Shown here: piece by piece, positions 1-10,387 of the stretch
Layout of the letters: the number at the start of each line of letters is the position of its first letter
Position numbering within the stretch: position 1 is the first letter of the stretch
Assembly (NCBI GenBank): GCA_040400775.1
Contig: JBBAPP010000001.1
Coordinates: 1 to 51,962 of the forward strand
Length of the DNA: 51,962 nucleotides
Direction of reading: 5' to 3'
Origin: Polaromonas sp.
Lineage (GTDB): Bacteria; Pseudomonadota; Gammaproteobacteria; Burkholderiales; Burkholderiaceae_C
Translations under genes and position numbers: made by a program
Notes under the pieces: generated by a model
Seen by the model: only the letters and a program-made list of their open reading frames with translations
Database searches by the model: none
What the model was told of the DNA's origin: nothing

Positions 1-36
1 GTGACCGAAAAAGACAAAGCTTTAGCAGCGGCTTGA
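1..36 (+). CDS. probable 3' end of an upstream CDS (VTEKDKALAAA*)
   Basis: Open frame from the window edge to TGA at 34-36; too short to identify. Confidence 0.3.
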   Translation: MTEKDKALAAA

Positions 37-80
37 CATCTCAAACCACCAACTATTGATCCGGCCTTATAAACTATGAA

Positions 81-180
81 CCGTTCGCCCTGAGCCCGAA
101 GCTCCGATCATCCTGAGCTTGTCGAAGGAAGGGTTTCGACAAGCCTGTCCTGAGCATGTCGAAGGGCTCAACCCGAACGG
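81..180. repeat. REP-like palindrome CCGTTCG..CTGAGC..GTCGAAG with nested modules (family A)
   Basis: Outer arms ccgttcgccctgagc / gctcaacccgaacgg; two internal tcctgagc(t/a)tgtcgaagg modules; related copies at 29394-29474. Confidence 0.75.
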
Positions 181-223
181 AAATTTATATACCATCGGGC
201 CAGAACTATAAGCGGTCAAACTT

Positions 224-1216
224 ATGCATAAAAAATTCTCATTTCCAACACCACGCTATGCTTTAACCATCACGCTATTGGCTGGCTGCATGTTGGCAGC
301 ACCTGGTGCCATGGGCCAAACCAAAGTCATGCGCATCATCGTGCCCTACGCGGCTGGTGGCCCGATTGATGTGACGGCCCGGCTGATGGCCGAGCGTGTA
401 AAAGACTCGCTGGGCACAGTCATCATTGAGAACCGTCCTGGTGGCGGCGGCAACATAGGTGCAGACGTGGTCGCCAAAGCCGCGCCGGATGGCCTGACCA
501 TCGGCATTGCCGCTGTCGCCACGCATGCCATCAACCCGTGGCTGTACAGCAAAATGCCTTACAACGCTGCCACTGACTTTGCACCGATCACGCAAATGCT
601 GCGCGTACCGAATGTGCTGGTGATGAATGCTGATACGGCAGTGCGTTTAAAAATCAACACCCTGGCTGACCTCATCAAATACGCCAAAGCCAACCCTGCC
701 AAACTAAACTACGGTAGCGGCGGTAACGGCAGTGCCGGGCATTTGGCGGGTGAAATGTTCAAAGCGCAAGCTGGTATTTTCGCGGTACACATCCCCTACA
801 ACGGCGGCAATCCAGCGCAACTGGGCTTGCTCAGCGGGCAAGTTGACTTTAACTTTGACAACCTGGCCACAGCAGCCGCCAACATCAAAGCCGGCAAACT
901 AAAAGCCATTGCAGTGACAACCGCCACGCGCAGCGCGTTGTTGCCAGATGCAGCGCCGATTGCAGATACCTTCAAGGGTTTTGAAATTGACACCTGGTGG
1001 GGTTTGGTAGCGCCTGCTGCTACGCCTGCTGATGTGGTGGCCAAGTTGAATGCTGCTTTTGTTGCGGCTTTGAATTCACCTGAAGCGAAGACGCGGTTTG
1101 CGGCGTTGATGGCCGAACCCGTCGGAAATTCGCCTGAGCAATTTGGCGCGTTTATGAAGAGCGAGTTGGGGAAGTATGAGAAGGTGGTGAAGGCTTCTGG
1201 GGCTAAGGTTGATTGA
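224..1216 (+). CDS. Bug/TctC family tripartite tricarboxylate transporter substrate-binding protein
   Basis: Signal peptide; IVPYAAGGPID, ENRPGGGGNIGA, YGSGGNGSAGHL and WWGLVAPA motifs. Confidence 0.93.
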   Translation: MHKKFSFPTPRYALTITLLAGCMLAAPGAMGQTKVMRIIVPYAAGGPIDVTARLMAERVKDSLGTVIIENRPGGGGNIGADVVAKAAPDGLTIGIAAVATHAINPWLYSKMPYNAATDFAPITQMLRVPNVLVMNADTAVRLKINTLADLIKYAKANPAKLNYGSGGNGSAGHLAGEMFKAQAGIFAVHIPYNGGNPAQLGLLSGQVDFNFDNLATAAANIKAGKLKAIAVTTATRSALLPDAAPIADTFKGFEIDTWWGLVAPAATPADVVAKLNAAFVAALNSPEAKTRFAALMAEPVGNSPEQFGAFMKSELGKYEKVVKASGAKVD

Positions 1217-1226
1217 TTTTTTCTCG

Positions 1227-1293
1227 TTTTTAGGTATGTTTTAGAGCTCCAGACCATTAAATACGGGCGTGAGTAGCTCTTTTTGTTTATAGC
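1227..1293 (-). repeat. GCTAT-N7-ATAGC element, intergenic copy (family P)
   Basis: Minus strand gctataaacaaaaagagctactcacgcccgtatttaatggtctggagctctaaaacatacctaaaa aligns with the copy at 46293. Confidence 0.8.
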
Positions 1294-1950
1294 GGTTTGC
1301 TTTCAGGAGATTTCCGGGGGTTGCCCGGCTGCAACTCACTTTACTTTTGCTTCGCCAAAAGCAAAGTAAGCAAAAGTTCAGGTAGTGGGGGTTCGCTCAC
1401 TTCACGCAGTGAAGTTATGCGAACACCAAAAGGCGACCCGCAGTCTGGTTCCCTACGCTGCGCTACGGGCAACTTCCGGTGCTCGAAGTCAGCGGAATTT
1501 TTAGAAACTAGTCTGCTACGCAGCCGTCGGACATCTAAAAATTTATTCCCGCTGCCTCCTGCGCTCCTCAGCCCAGCCAGGACGGGTGGGGGAATGAATG
1601 CAAAGCCGGATTTGGACTTCCTGCCTCTCCCTCCGGGAGAGGGCTGGGGTGAGGGCATCCCCGAATTCGCATCCGAATCTATTCCCCCACCCCGTCCTGG
1701 CTGGGCTTGAAAAAGCTGAAGGAGACGGATAAAAAAATCTAGCTGTCCGACGACAGCGAAGCTGGCTAGTTTCTAGATTTTCCGGCTCCTTCTGCTTTTT
1801 CAAGGAACCGCGAAGCGGCCCAGACTGCGGGTCGCCTTTCTTTTCCTTAGGTTTCTTTGGCGAAGCAAAGAAAAGTAAGTCGCCCGCCGGGGCGAGTCCC
1901 GGCAAACTCGTGAAAGCAAACCGCTATAAACAAAAGAGCTAATCACGCCC
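1265..1950. repeat. ~690-bp composite imperfect palindrome between convergent genes
   Basis: Paired arms 1265-1305/1911-1950, 1347-1359/1856-1868, 1428-1448/1820-1839, 1502-1511/1766-1775, 1570-1595/1681-1707; central cctctccctccgggagagggctggggtgaggg at 1624-1655. Confidence 0.88.
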
Positions 1951-1976
1951 AAATTTAAAGCGCAAAAAAACTCGAT

Positions 1977-2693
1977 TCACTCCCCCAAGTAAGCCGCCCT
2001 CACCCGAGGATCATTGAGCAAGTCTTTGGCATCCCCATTCATCGTCACAATGCCAGACTCCATCACGTAGCCGCGATCAGCAATGCTTAAGGCGCGGCTT
2101 GCATTTTGCTCAACCAGCAGTATGGTCACGCCTTGCGCAGCCACATCCCGTACCACCTCAAAAATTTTGTCCACCATGATCGGTGACAAACCCATCGATG
2201 GCTCGTCCAGCAGCAGCACTTTGGGACGGCTCATCAGCGCGCGGCCCATTGCCAGCATTTGCTGTTCACCGCCGCTCATGGTGCCAGCCAATTGGTCTTT
2301 ACGTTCACGCAGACGCGGGAAGATGCTGAACATCTTTTCCATGTCTGCCGCAATCTCGGCTTTGTCGTTGCGGATGTACGCGCCCATCTGCAAATTTTCG
2401 ATGATGGTCATGCGGCTAAAAACACCTCGACCTTCTGGCACCATGGCCAAACCATCTTTGACCAAGTCCCAGGCACCTTTACCTTTGATGCTTTTGCCCA
2501 TGTATTCAATGTCGCCAGACGCTGGCGGCAAGGTCCCGGTGATGGCTTTCATGGTGGTGGTTTTGCCAGCGCCGTTGGAGCCAATCAGCGTGACCAATTC
2601 GCCTTCGTTGACGTGCAGGTCAACACCTTTGACTGCCTTGATACCGCCGTAAGCGACCTGCAGGCCGGTGATTTTAAGGAGTGTGGATGTCAT
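1977..2693 (-). CDS. livF: branched-chain amino acid ABC transporter ATP-binding protein LivF
   Basis: GSNGAGKTT Walker A, MSGGEQQML, LLLDEPS, LLVEQN; start set at ATG 2693. Confidence 0.93.
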   Translation of the reverse strand: MTSTLLKITGLQVAYGGIKAVKGVDLHVNEGELVTLIGSNGAGKTTTMKAITGTLPPASGDIEYMGKSIKGKGAWDLVKDGLAMVPEGRGVFSRMTIIENLQMGAYIRNDKAEIAADMEKMFSIFPRLRERKDQLAGTMSGGEQQMLAMGRALMSRPKVLLLDEPSMGLSPIMVDKIFEVVRDVAAQGVTILLVEQNASRALSIADRGYVMESGIVTMNGDAKDLLNDPRVRAAYLGE

Positions 2694-2752
2694 CTTATTT
2701 TTACCTGTCGAATATTCTTGAAGAACAGACCATTGGCTCTGCCAGCAACTGA

Positions 2753-3520
2753 TCAATGCCCCGAACCCAAGTACGCTGTAATCACTTTTTCATTTTTTTG
2801 TACGTCAGCCGGTGCGCCTTCAGCAATTTGTTTGCCGTAGTCAAGCACCGTGACCCGGTCGCACAAGCCCATCACCAGCTTCACGTCATGCTCAATCAGC
2901 AAGATGGTGCGGTTGTCTTTGCGAATCTGATCGATCAACTCGCGTAGCTGGACTTTTTCAGTCGCGTTCATGCCAGCGGCTGGCTCGTCAAGTGCAATCA
3001 ACTGCGGGTCAGTCGCCAGTGCTCTGGCAATCTCTAAACGCCGCTGGTCGCCGTAGCTCAGGGTACGGGCTTTGGAGTCCGCGTACTTGCCAATGCCCAC
3101 ATAGTCCAGCAGTTCTTGCGAGCGCTTGGCAATCGCGGCTTCTTCGTGTTTGAAACTGGCTGTGCGAAAAACTGCACCCAACAAACCTGATGAAGTTCGG
3201 ATATGCCGGCCAACCATCACATTTTCAAGCGCCGTCATTTCTGCAAACAACCGGATATTTTGAAACGTACGTGCAATGCCGGCTTTGGCGACTTCATGCA
3301 CTTCGGTTGGTTGGTAGGGCTTGCCCGCCAGCTCAAACGTGCCGCTGTCAGGCGTGTAAAGCCCCGTCAGCACATTGAAGAAGGTGGTTTTACCAGCGCC
3401 GTTAGGGCCAATCAAGCCGTAGACCTGGCCGCGTTCGATATGGATGCCGACATCGCTCAGCGCCTGCAAACCCCCGAAGCGTTTAGACACGCCCGAGACT
3501 TTAAGTATGGTTTCACGCAT
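2753..3520 (-). CDS. livG: branched-chain amino acid ABC transporter ATP-binding protein LivG
   Basis: GPNGAGKTT, ARTFQNIRLF, LSYGDQRRLEIARAL, LIEHD. Confidence 0.93.
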   Translation of the reverse strand: MRETILKVSGVSKRFGGLQALSDVGIHIERGQVYGLIGPNGAGKTTFFNVLTGLYTPDSGTFELAGKPYQPTEVHEVAKAGIARTFQNIRLFAEMTALENVMVGRHIRTSSGLLGAVFRTASFKHEEAAIAKRSQELLDYVGIGKYADSKARTLSYGDQRRLEIARALATDPQLIALDEPAAGMNATEKVQLRELIDQIRKDNRTILLIEHDVKLVMGLCDRVTVLDYGKQIAEGAPADVQKNEKVITAYLGSGH

Positions 3521-3531
3521 GGCCAAGGTCC

Positions 3532-4653
3532 TTAAGGTTTAATACTGTGGCTGGCAGAATCGGCTGAAGCGCCAGTCGGCTTGTTCAATGACTTGCCATG
3601 TTCGGGTGTCGGCCATAGGCCGCGTGGCCGCATCAGCATGATGACAATCATGGCTACAGCAATCAGCAGTTGCCGTAAGATGGCTGCATCGAGTCGGCCA
3701 TCCGTCAGGTCTTGCAAAGGCCCAGCCACGTAGCGCAGCACCTCCGGCAGCGCAGCCAGTAGCAAGGCGCCCAATATCACGCCTGGCAAATGGCCAATAC
3801 CGCCTAGCACTACCATGGCAACGATCATTACCGACTCCATCAAGCTGAAGGACTCTGGCGATACAAAGCCCTGAAACGATGCAAACATGGCACCGGACAC
3901 GCCGCCAAAAGTTGCACCCATGCCAAAGGCCAGCAGTTTGAGGTTGCGGGTGTTGATGCCCATCGCTTTGGCAGCAATTTCGTCTTCACGAATGGCCATC
4001 CAGGCGCGTCCAATGCGGGATGTCTCTAATCTGTGACAAATCACCACCGACACCACCACCAGCGCCAAAAACAGGTAGTAATACATCGACACAGAATTGA
4101 TCGCGAAGCCAAAAAACTGATGGTCTACACCCAGGTCAAAACCAAAAAACGTGATCGAGTCGATCTGGTTAATGCCTTTGGGGCCGTTGGTGATGTTGAT
4201 GGGTCTGTCCAGGTTGTTTAAAAACACCCGAATAATTTCACCAAAACCGAGAGTGACGATGGCCAGGTAGTCACCACGCAGTTTGAGCGTTGGCGCGCCG
4301 AGCAAAATGCCGAACAGGCCCGCCAGCCCGGCCGACAGGGGAATGACGATCCAGATCGGCAAATGCAGGCCTTTCGGGAAAGTTTCAGCAATGAAAGGAA
4401 AGGCCTGCGCCAGATGCGGCGAGCCCAGCAGAGCCGCCAGATAAGCGCCCACAGCAAAAAACGCAACGTAGCCCAGGTCCAGCAGGCCGGCATAGCCGAC
4501 CACGATATTCAGGCCCAACGCCAGCAGCACGTAGAGCAAGGCCATGTCGAGAATTCGTACCCAGGCGTTACCGCCTTGCTGCAACAACAGCGGCAAGACA
4601 AGCAAGCCAATGGCGATCAATAGGTATTGAATCAGTTTGTTGGATTTCATCAT
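3532..4653 (-). CDS. livM: branched-chain amino acid ABC transporter permease LivM
   Basis: GLNIVVGYAGLLDLGY, LRGDYLAIVTLGFGEII, AIREDEIAA. Confidence 0.92.
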   Translation of the reverse strand: MMKSNKLIQYLLIAIGLLVLPLLLQQGGNAWVRILDMALLYVLLALGLNIVVGYAGLLDLGYVAFFAVGAYLAALLGSPHLAQAFPFIAETFPKGLHLPIWIVIPLSAGLAGLFGILLGAPTLKLRGDYLAIVTLGFGEIIRVFLNNLDRPINITNGPKGINQIDSITFFGFDLGVDHQFFGFAINSVSMYYYLFLALVVVSVVICHRLETSRIGRAWMAIREDEIAAKAMGINTRNLKLLAFGMGATFGGVSGAMFASFQGFVSPESFSLMESVMIVAMVVLGGIGHLPGVILGALLLAALPEVLRYVAGPLQDLTDGRLDAAILRQLLIAVAMIVIMLMRPRGLWPTPEHGKSLNKPTGASADSASHSIKP

Positions 4654-4697
4654 TTTTTGTCTTTCAGTCTGGTGTGGTGGTAGCGATGCCCCGGCGT

Positions 4698-5627
4698 TTA
4701 AGCCCGGTCCGCCACACGTTCACCCAGCAAGCCCGAGGGGCGCAAGGTCAACACAAAAATCAGCACCATGAATGCCAAGATATCTGAGTACTGGCTGCCC
4801 AGCACGCCGCCTGTGAGTGGCGCCAAATAGCCCGCACCAATCGATTCAATCAAGCCCAGCAGCACGCCGCCCAGCACAGCGCCACCCAGGTTGCCAATGC
4901 CGCCCAGCACCGCAGCAGTGAAGGCCTTCAGCCCCGGTAAAAAGCCCATGGCATGCTGTACCGTGCCGTAATTTGATGCATACATCACGCCCGCCAGCGC
5001 GGCCAGCAGAGCACCAATAACGAAGGTGGCAGAAATGACGGTGTCAGGCCGTACACCCATCAGCGCGGCAACTCTGGGATTTTCCGCTGTGGCACGCATG
5101 GCCCGGCCCAAGCGGGTGTAATGCACCAGCCACATCAGTACCGCCAAAGACACCGCTGTAGCGCCCAGAATAAAGATCTGTGTCACCGTGATCACCGCAC
5201 CGGCCAGCTGAATCGGCTCAGACGGCAGCAGGGTTGGGTAGGACTTGTAATTAGGCTTCCAAATGATCATGGCCAGCGTTTGCAACAGTAAGGACATGCC
5301 AATCGCCGTGATCAGCGGTGCCAGCTTGGGGGCATTACGCAAAGGGCGGTAAGCGATTTTCTCAATCGCAAAGTTAAGCGCACCACACACCACAAAAGCA
5401 ATCAGCAGTGATATCAGCAAAATAATCCAGCCAGGCGTACCGGGCATGGACGTTTGCATGATGCCGATGATGGTCCAGCTGGTGAGCGCACCCACCATCA
5501 ACACCTCACCATGGGCGAAATTGATCAGGTTAATGATGCCGTAGACCATCGTGTAACCCAGCGCAATCAGGGCATACATGCTCCCCAGAACCAGGCCATT
5601 GATGATCTGTTGCAGTAGTACTTCCAT
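4698..5627 (-). CDS. livH: branched-chain amino acid ABC transporter permease LivH
   Basis: YALIALGYTMVYGIINLINFAHGE, GLKAFTAAVLGGIG. Confidence 0.93.
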   Translation of the reverse strand: MEVLLQQIINGLVLGSMYALIALGYTMVYGIINLINFAHGEVLMVGALTSWTIIGIMQTSMPGTPGWIILLISLLIAFVVCGALNFAIEKIAYRPLRNAPKLAPLITAIGMSLLLQTLAMIIWKPNYKSYPTLLPSEPIQLAGAVITVTQIFILGATAVSLAVLMWLVHYTRLGRAMRATAENPRVAALMGVRPDTVISATFVIGALLAALAGVMYASNYGTVQHAMGFLPGLKAFTAAVLGGIGNLGGAVLGGVLLGLIESIGAGYLAPLTGGVLGSQYSDILAFMVLIFVLTLRPSGLLGERVADRA

Positions 5628-5678
5628 AAACCATGTCTCCCAAAAACAGAATCAAAAATAAAGTGCCAAACCAGTCAG

Positions 5679-5714
5679 AAACAAAAAGCCCGCCTTGAAT
5701 AATGAAGGCGGGCT
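5679..5714 (-). terminator. intrinsic terminator-like hairpin between rarA and livH
   Basis: Minus strand agcccgcctt-cattattc-aaggcgggct followed by ttttgttt. Confidence 0.65.
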
Positions 5715-5908
5715 CATCTTCAAATTGTAGTTAAGAAGGCTAGCGAGAATCGCGCCAGCCAGCTCGTTTTCGAGGGGTTTACCCTTAAAAATTTAGCCCT
5801 GTAAAAACTTTTCATATTCCATTAGCGTTGCTAATAGAAATAGATTTATGCAATGCAGTCTAATTTCCAAGCGCCCCAGCATCTGTCGCACGCAAGCGCG
5901 TTATTGAA

Positions 5909-7237
5909 TTATTTTCGAGCGACGTTTTTCGAGCGCAAGAGCGCAAGCTTCTCTGCTATCTTGATTTCCAGCCCGCGCGCCACTGGTCGATAAAAGCCTG
6001 GAGCAGCCATGCCTTCAGGGAAGTAGTTTTCACCCGCTGCAAAGCCGTCTTCTTCGTCATGCGCGTAGCGGTAGTTTTTGCCGTAGTCCAGCTCTTTCAT
6101 GAGCTTCGTGGGCGCATTACGCAAATGCATCGGTACTGGACGTGTGCCGTCTTTTTTGATCAGCGCTTTGGCTTCATTAAAAGCTTTGTAAACGGCGTTG
6201 GATTTGGCTGCTACTGCCAGATAAATAACACATTCAGCCAGGGCGAGTTCGCCTTCAGGTGAACCCAGCCTTTCATACACATCAGCAGCGGCAACGGCGA
6301 TACTTAAAGCGCGTGGGTCGGCCAGGCCAATGTCTTCACTGGCCATACGAATCAACCGACGCGCCATGTATTTCGGCTCAGCACCGCCATCGAGCATGCG
6401 CATGAACCAGTACAGTGCAGCATCTGGGTCAGAGCCGCGCACTGATTTGTGCAGCGCCGAAATGGTGTCGTAGAAAACCTCGCCTGCCTTGTCGTAGCGG
6501 CGCATTTTTTCGCCTAGGACTTTAAGCAGCCATGCATCGGTGACGTCAGTGACAGCCCCTGATTTTTCATTGCCAGCAGCTACCGCCAATGATTCCAGTG
6601 TGTTGAGCAAACGCCGGGCATCGCCATCGGCATAAGCAACCAGCCGGTCAAGCGCTTCTGAAGCTATACTTTCAATAGCTGCTAGCGCCCTATTTTTAAT
6701 GGCTATGGCTACTATTTTCTTTAAATCCAGCTCCGAAAGTGGTTGCAACACATAGACTGCTGCACGCGACAGCAAAGCGGAATTCACTTCAAACGACGGG
6801 TTTTCTGTGGTAGCACCTATGAACGTAAAAAGCCCACTCTCCACATGCGGCAAAAAGGCGTCTTGCTGGCTTTTGTTAAAGCGGTGTACCTCGTCGACAA
6901 AAACAATGGTTCTCTTCCCCGCGCCACCGCCGCCTTGACCCAACCAAACACCAGCTTGTTCTACCGCCTCACGGATGTCCTTGATACCACCCAGCACCGC
7001 AGACATGGTGATGAAATGTGCGTCAAAGCTGCTGGCCATCAGCCGCGCAATGGTGGTTTTACCCACGCCAGGCGGCCCCCACAAAATGCAGCTGTGAGGC
7101 TGGCCGGATTCAAAGGCAATCCGCAGCGGCATGCTCTCACCCAGCAGGTGCTGCTGGCCAATTACTTCGCCCAGTGTTTGCGGGCGCATGCGCTCAGCGA
7201 GCGGCCTATTAATTTTTTGCACTGAAACGCTGGCCAT
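5909..7237 (-). CDS. rarA: replication-associated recombination protein A (RarA/MgsA)
   Basis: [46 protein letters not shown]; lies downstream of ftsK-lolA. Confidence 0.96.
   Translation of the reverse strand: MASVSVQKINRPLAERMRPQTLGEVIGQQHLLGESMPLRIAFESGQPHSCILWGPPGVGKTTIARLMASSFDAHFITMSAVLGGIKDIREAVEQAGVWLGQGGGGAGKRTIVFVDEVHRFNKSQQDAFLPHVESGLFTFIGATTENPSFEVNSALLSRAAVYVLQPLSELDLKKIVAIAIKNRALAAIESIASEALDRLVAYADGDARRLLNTLESLAVAAGNEKSGAVTDVTDAWLLKVLGEKMRRYDKAGEVFYDTISALHKSVRGSDPDAALYWFMRMLDGGAEPKYMARRLIRMASEDIGLADPRALSIAVAAADVYERLGSPEGELALAECVIYLAVAAKSNAVYKAFNEAKALIKKDGTRPVPMHLRNAPTKLMKELDYGKNYRYAHDEEDGFAAGENYFPEGMAAPGFYRPVARGLEIKIAEKLALLRSKNVARK
6663..6725 (+). repeat. family P element inside rarA
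   Basis: gctat-actttca-atagc core; tggctatgg at +37; read antisense as [20 protein letters not shown]. Confidence 0.8.
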
Positions 7238-7259
7238 GGCAAAAAAACACTTCAGTTAT

Positions 7260-7919
7260 CTACTGACGACTGACATCTGCGCCAGCAGGCGGCTTGAACT
7301 GAAAGTTGGCAGGGCTGAGTACTGGATTGACTTCAAACTGACCGAAACGCATCACTGACAGCTGACCAAAGCTGTCAAGAATCTCAAGGGTTGCCAGCTC
7401 GGTGCCCTTGCCGGTGGTTTTGAGGCCCAGCGTCATACTTTGCAACTGACCTTCTTTGGTTTTAGGCACAGCTTTGACCCACTGCAAGCCCGCATTCTCC
7501 GGCAAAGCCGTGAGCGTGAAATCAGCCTGCAAACCTTTTAAATCAGCGCCAGCAGCAATCACGGCGGCTGGCGTGCCAGTCAGTACTTGCGCCAGTTTGC
7601 GTGCCGTGACCTGGTTCAAATCTACGTCATGTAGCCACAGGGTTTGGCCGTCAGACACAATCGATTGTTCAAACGGTTTTTTGTACAAAAACTTGAAACG
7701 GTTGGGGCGTGAAAATTCAAACGAGCCACTCGACGTTTTGGTTGTGGGCACTTGGCCGTCTTTGGCAGGACTGGTGACGACCTGGGTGAAGGCAGCACGC
7801 CCACTTTTTGTGTTTTTTATGAAATTTTCAAGATCTTTTAAGGCTACAACTTCCTGTTCTTGTGTGTAAGCAGCTATTGAAATAATAGCAAATAACAATC
7901 CCAAAAAAAACTTTAGCAT
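7260..7919 (-). CDS. lolA: outer membrane lipoprotein chaperone LolA
   Basis: FTQVV, SGSFEFSRPNRF, IVSDGQTLWLHDVDLNQV, FQFKPPAGADV; between ftsK and rarA; start uncertain (7919, 7943 or 7985). Confidence 0.93.
   Translation of the reverse strand: MLKFFLGLLFAIISIAAYTQEQEVVALKDLENFIKNTKSGRAAFTQVVTSPAKDGQVPTTKTSSGSFEFSRPNRFKFLYKKPFEQSIVSDGQTLWLHDVDLNQVTARKLAQVLTGTPAAVIAAGADLKGLQADFTLTALPENAGLQWVKAVPKTKEGQLQSMTLGLKTTGKGTELATLEILDSFGQLSVMRFGQFEVNPVLSPANFQFKPPAGADVSRQ
7825..7890 (-). repeat. family P element within the LolA signal-peptide region
   Basis: tgctat-tatttca-atagctgc...aagttgtagccttaaaa; encodes AIISIAAYTQEQEVVALKDLE. Confidence 0.72.
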
Positions 7920-7981
7920 TGGGTTTTTTGTGCGATTGGTCATTTTGAAAATATCTGCGTCAGGAGTCTCATCACTGGCCG

Positions 7982-10336
7982 TCATTCAGCCCGTGCAGGT
8001 ACCAGAATGTCCCGCTGGCCGCTGCCCGACATGGCGCTGATCAAGCCGGCTTTTTGCATCTCTTCAAGCATTCTCGCCGAGCGGTTGTAGCCGATTTTCA
8101 AATGCCGCTGGACCAATGAAATAGAAGCCTTGCGGTTCTTCAGGACGATCTCCACCGCCTGGTCATACATCGGGTCTCTTTCGTCACCTTTGCCGCCCGA
8201 CGCGCTGAGGTCGCCACCCAAGTCACCACCTTCGCCATCTGCCACGCCGCCCTCGAGGATGCCGTCGATGTAGTTAGGCTCACCCTGCTCTTTCAAATAG
8301 GCGACGACGCGGTGCACTTCGTCGTCACTGACAAAAGCACCATGCACCCGAATCGGAAAGCCCGTGCCACTGGGCATATACAGCATGTCACCCATACCCA
8401 GCAATGCCTCAGCGCCCATTTGGTCCAGAATCGTCCGGCTGTCGATTTTGCTCGAGACCTGAAAAGACAATCGCGTTGGGATGTTTGCTTTGATCAGACC
8501 GGTGATCACATCCACGCTGGGCCGCTGGGTGGCCAAAATCAGGTGAATACCTGCAGCGCGAGCCTTTTGCGCCAGCCGGGCAATCAGCTCTTCAATCTTT
8601 TTACCGACCACCATCATCAGGTCAGCCAGCTCGTCGATTACCACCACGATGTAAGGCAAGCGCTCCAGCGGCTCAGGCAGGTCTGGCGTCAGGCTGAACG
8701 GGTTGCCAATCAACTCGCCTTTGGCTTTGGCATCATCAATTTTGACGTTGTAGCCTGCCAGGTTTCGCACCCCCATTTTGCTCATTAATTTATAGCGCTT
8801 TTCCATCTCTGCCACGCACCAGTTCAGGCCGTGTGCGGCCTGGCGCATATCAGTGACAACAGGGCAAAGCAGGTGCGGGATGCCTTCGTAAACGCTCATC
8901 TCCAGCATCTTCGGGTCAATCAACAAGAGCCGCACATCGCGTGCATCGGCTTTATAAAGCAAGCTCAAAATCATGGCGTTGATACCGACAGATTTACCCG
9001 AACCTGTGGTGCCGGCTACCAGACAGTGCGGCATTTTAGCCAAGTCTGCCACCACCGCGTGGCCTGCAATATCTTTGCCCAAGCCCATCGTCAGCAAGCT
9101 TTTGGCCTCGTTATAAACCTGCGATCCCAAAATCTCGCTGAGCTTGATGGATTGGCGCTTGGCGTTGGGCAGTTCAAGCGCCATGTAGTTTTTGCCGGGA
9201 ATGGTTTCAATCACGCGAATCGACACCAAGCTGAGGGCACGCGCCAAGTCTTTGGCTAAGCCCACCACTTGCGAGCCCTTCACGCCGGTCGCAGGTTCTA
9301 TTTCATAACGGGTAATGACCGGGCCCGGCGCGGCAGCCACCACGCGCACTTCAACACCGAAGTCTTTGAGCTTTTTCTCGATCAAGCGCGAGGTCATCTC
9401 CAGAGTTTCGGACGCAACGCCTTCTTGTTTCGATGCTGCGCCGTCGAGTAAATCGACCTGCGGTAATTTGGAATCGGGCATGTCTATAAAGAGCGGCTTT
9501 TGCCGCTCTTTGATCACGCGATCACTTTTAGGGATATTAACAAACGCTGGCTCAATCAGCACCGGTATCGGTCGCTGCTCCTCGATCTCGATGCGCTCGT
9601 CCATGAGTACTTCTTCACGCTCTTTAGCAGCTCTTTTACCCACTGCTAAGTCTTCAGCGATGACACGTTTTTCGCGGAGCGATCCCATCAAATTGCTGAT
9701 CCACTCTCCCATGCGCTGGGCTGTATCTGCCCACGAAAAACCAAATACGCCCGAGGCGGCCATCACACCCAAAGCAATCAATGCCAGGCCAGAACCCGCA
9801 AAGCCCAGCCATTTCACGCTGGTTGTGCCTACCAAATAGCCCAAGGCACCACCGGCGTGGTCTGGCAGGCGTGCTTCAAAACGATACAAGCGCGACCATT
9901 CCAGCCCGCTGCTGGCCACCAGCAAAAGAAAAAGGCACAACCAAAAAGTGAGGCGGTAGCTTGTCAGGCGCGATTGGCTGTTCAGCGTATCGGTACGCAA
10001 CCAACGGGCTAGCATAGTTAACCACACCATCAAGCCAGCAGCCAGCAGCCACCAAACAGAAAATCCGAGCAAAAAATAACTCGCGTCTGCCACGTTGGCG
10101 CCCAGCCTGCCGCCCAAGTTGTGAATGACAGACGGGCTAACGCCAAGCGCATGGGTGCTGCCTGACGTGGACCAGGCAGCATCCGAAGACGAGTAACTGA
10201 TCAGTGCCAGTGACCAAAAAAGCAAGCCTAACAAGCCAAAAATCAGCCCGACCTCAAGGGTGAAACGGCGCACACTACCAGGTACGGCAGTGGCTGGGGA
10301 ATTTTGGCTGTTCAGGGTGTCGAGTGAGTAAGTCAT
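7982..10336 (-). CDS. ftsK: DNA translocase FtsK
   Basis: N-terminal TM domain, [31 protein letters not shown], gamma domain [13 protein letters not shown]. Confidence 0.97.
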   Translation of the reverse strand: MTYSLDTLNSQNSPATAVPGSVRRFTLEVGLIFGLLGLLFWSLALISYSSSDAAWSTSGSTHALGVSPSVIHNLGGRLGANVADASYFLLGFSVWWLLAAGLMVWLTMLARWLRTDTLNSQSRLTSYRLTFWLCLFLLLVASSGLEWSRLYRFEARLPDHAGGALGYLVGTTSVKWLGFAGSGLALIALGVMAASGVFGFSWADTAQRMGEWISNLMGSLREKRVIAEDLAVGKRAAKEREEVLMDERIEIEEQRPIPVLIEPAFVNIPKSDRVIKERQKPLFIDMPDSKLPQVDLLDGAASKQEGVASETLEMTSRLIEKKLKDFGVEVRVVAAAPGPVITRYEIEPATGVKGSQVVGLAKDLARALSLVSIRVIETIPGKNYMALELPNAKRQSIKLSEILGSQVYNEAKSLLTMGLGKDIAGHAVVADLAKMPHCLVAGTTGSGKSVGINAMILSLLYKADARDVRLLLIDPKMLEMSVYEGIPHLLCPVVTDMRQAAHGLNWCVAEMEKRYKLMSKMGVRNLAGYNVKIDDAKAKGELIGNPFSLTPDLPEPLERLPYIVVVIDELADLMMVVGKKIEELIARLAQKARAAGIHLILATQRPSVDVITGLIKANIPTRLSFQVSSKIDSRTILDQMGAEALLGMGDMLYMPSGTGFPIRVHGAFVSDDEVHRVVAYLKEQGEPNYIDGILEGGVADGEGGDLGGDLSASGGKGDERDPMYDQAVEIVLKNRKASISLVQRHLKIGYNRSARMLEEMQKAGLISAMSGSGQRDILVPARAE

Positions 10337-10387
10337 GACCTGTCTATAGCTTACCGCAGTTGGCTCAGCCATCTGCACTGGCGAATC

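Noticed and set aside
1297-1905. ORFs 1297..1710, 1341..1658 and 1543..1905
   Set aside because: They lie wholly in the composite palindrome, and the two strands give mirror-image peptides (KGDPQSG in both arms). They are repeat-derived shadows.
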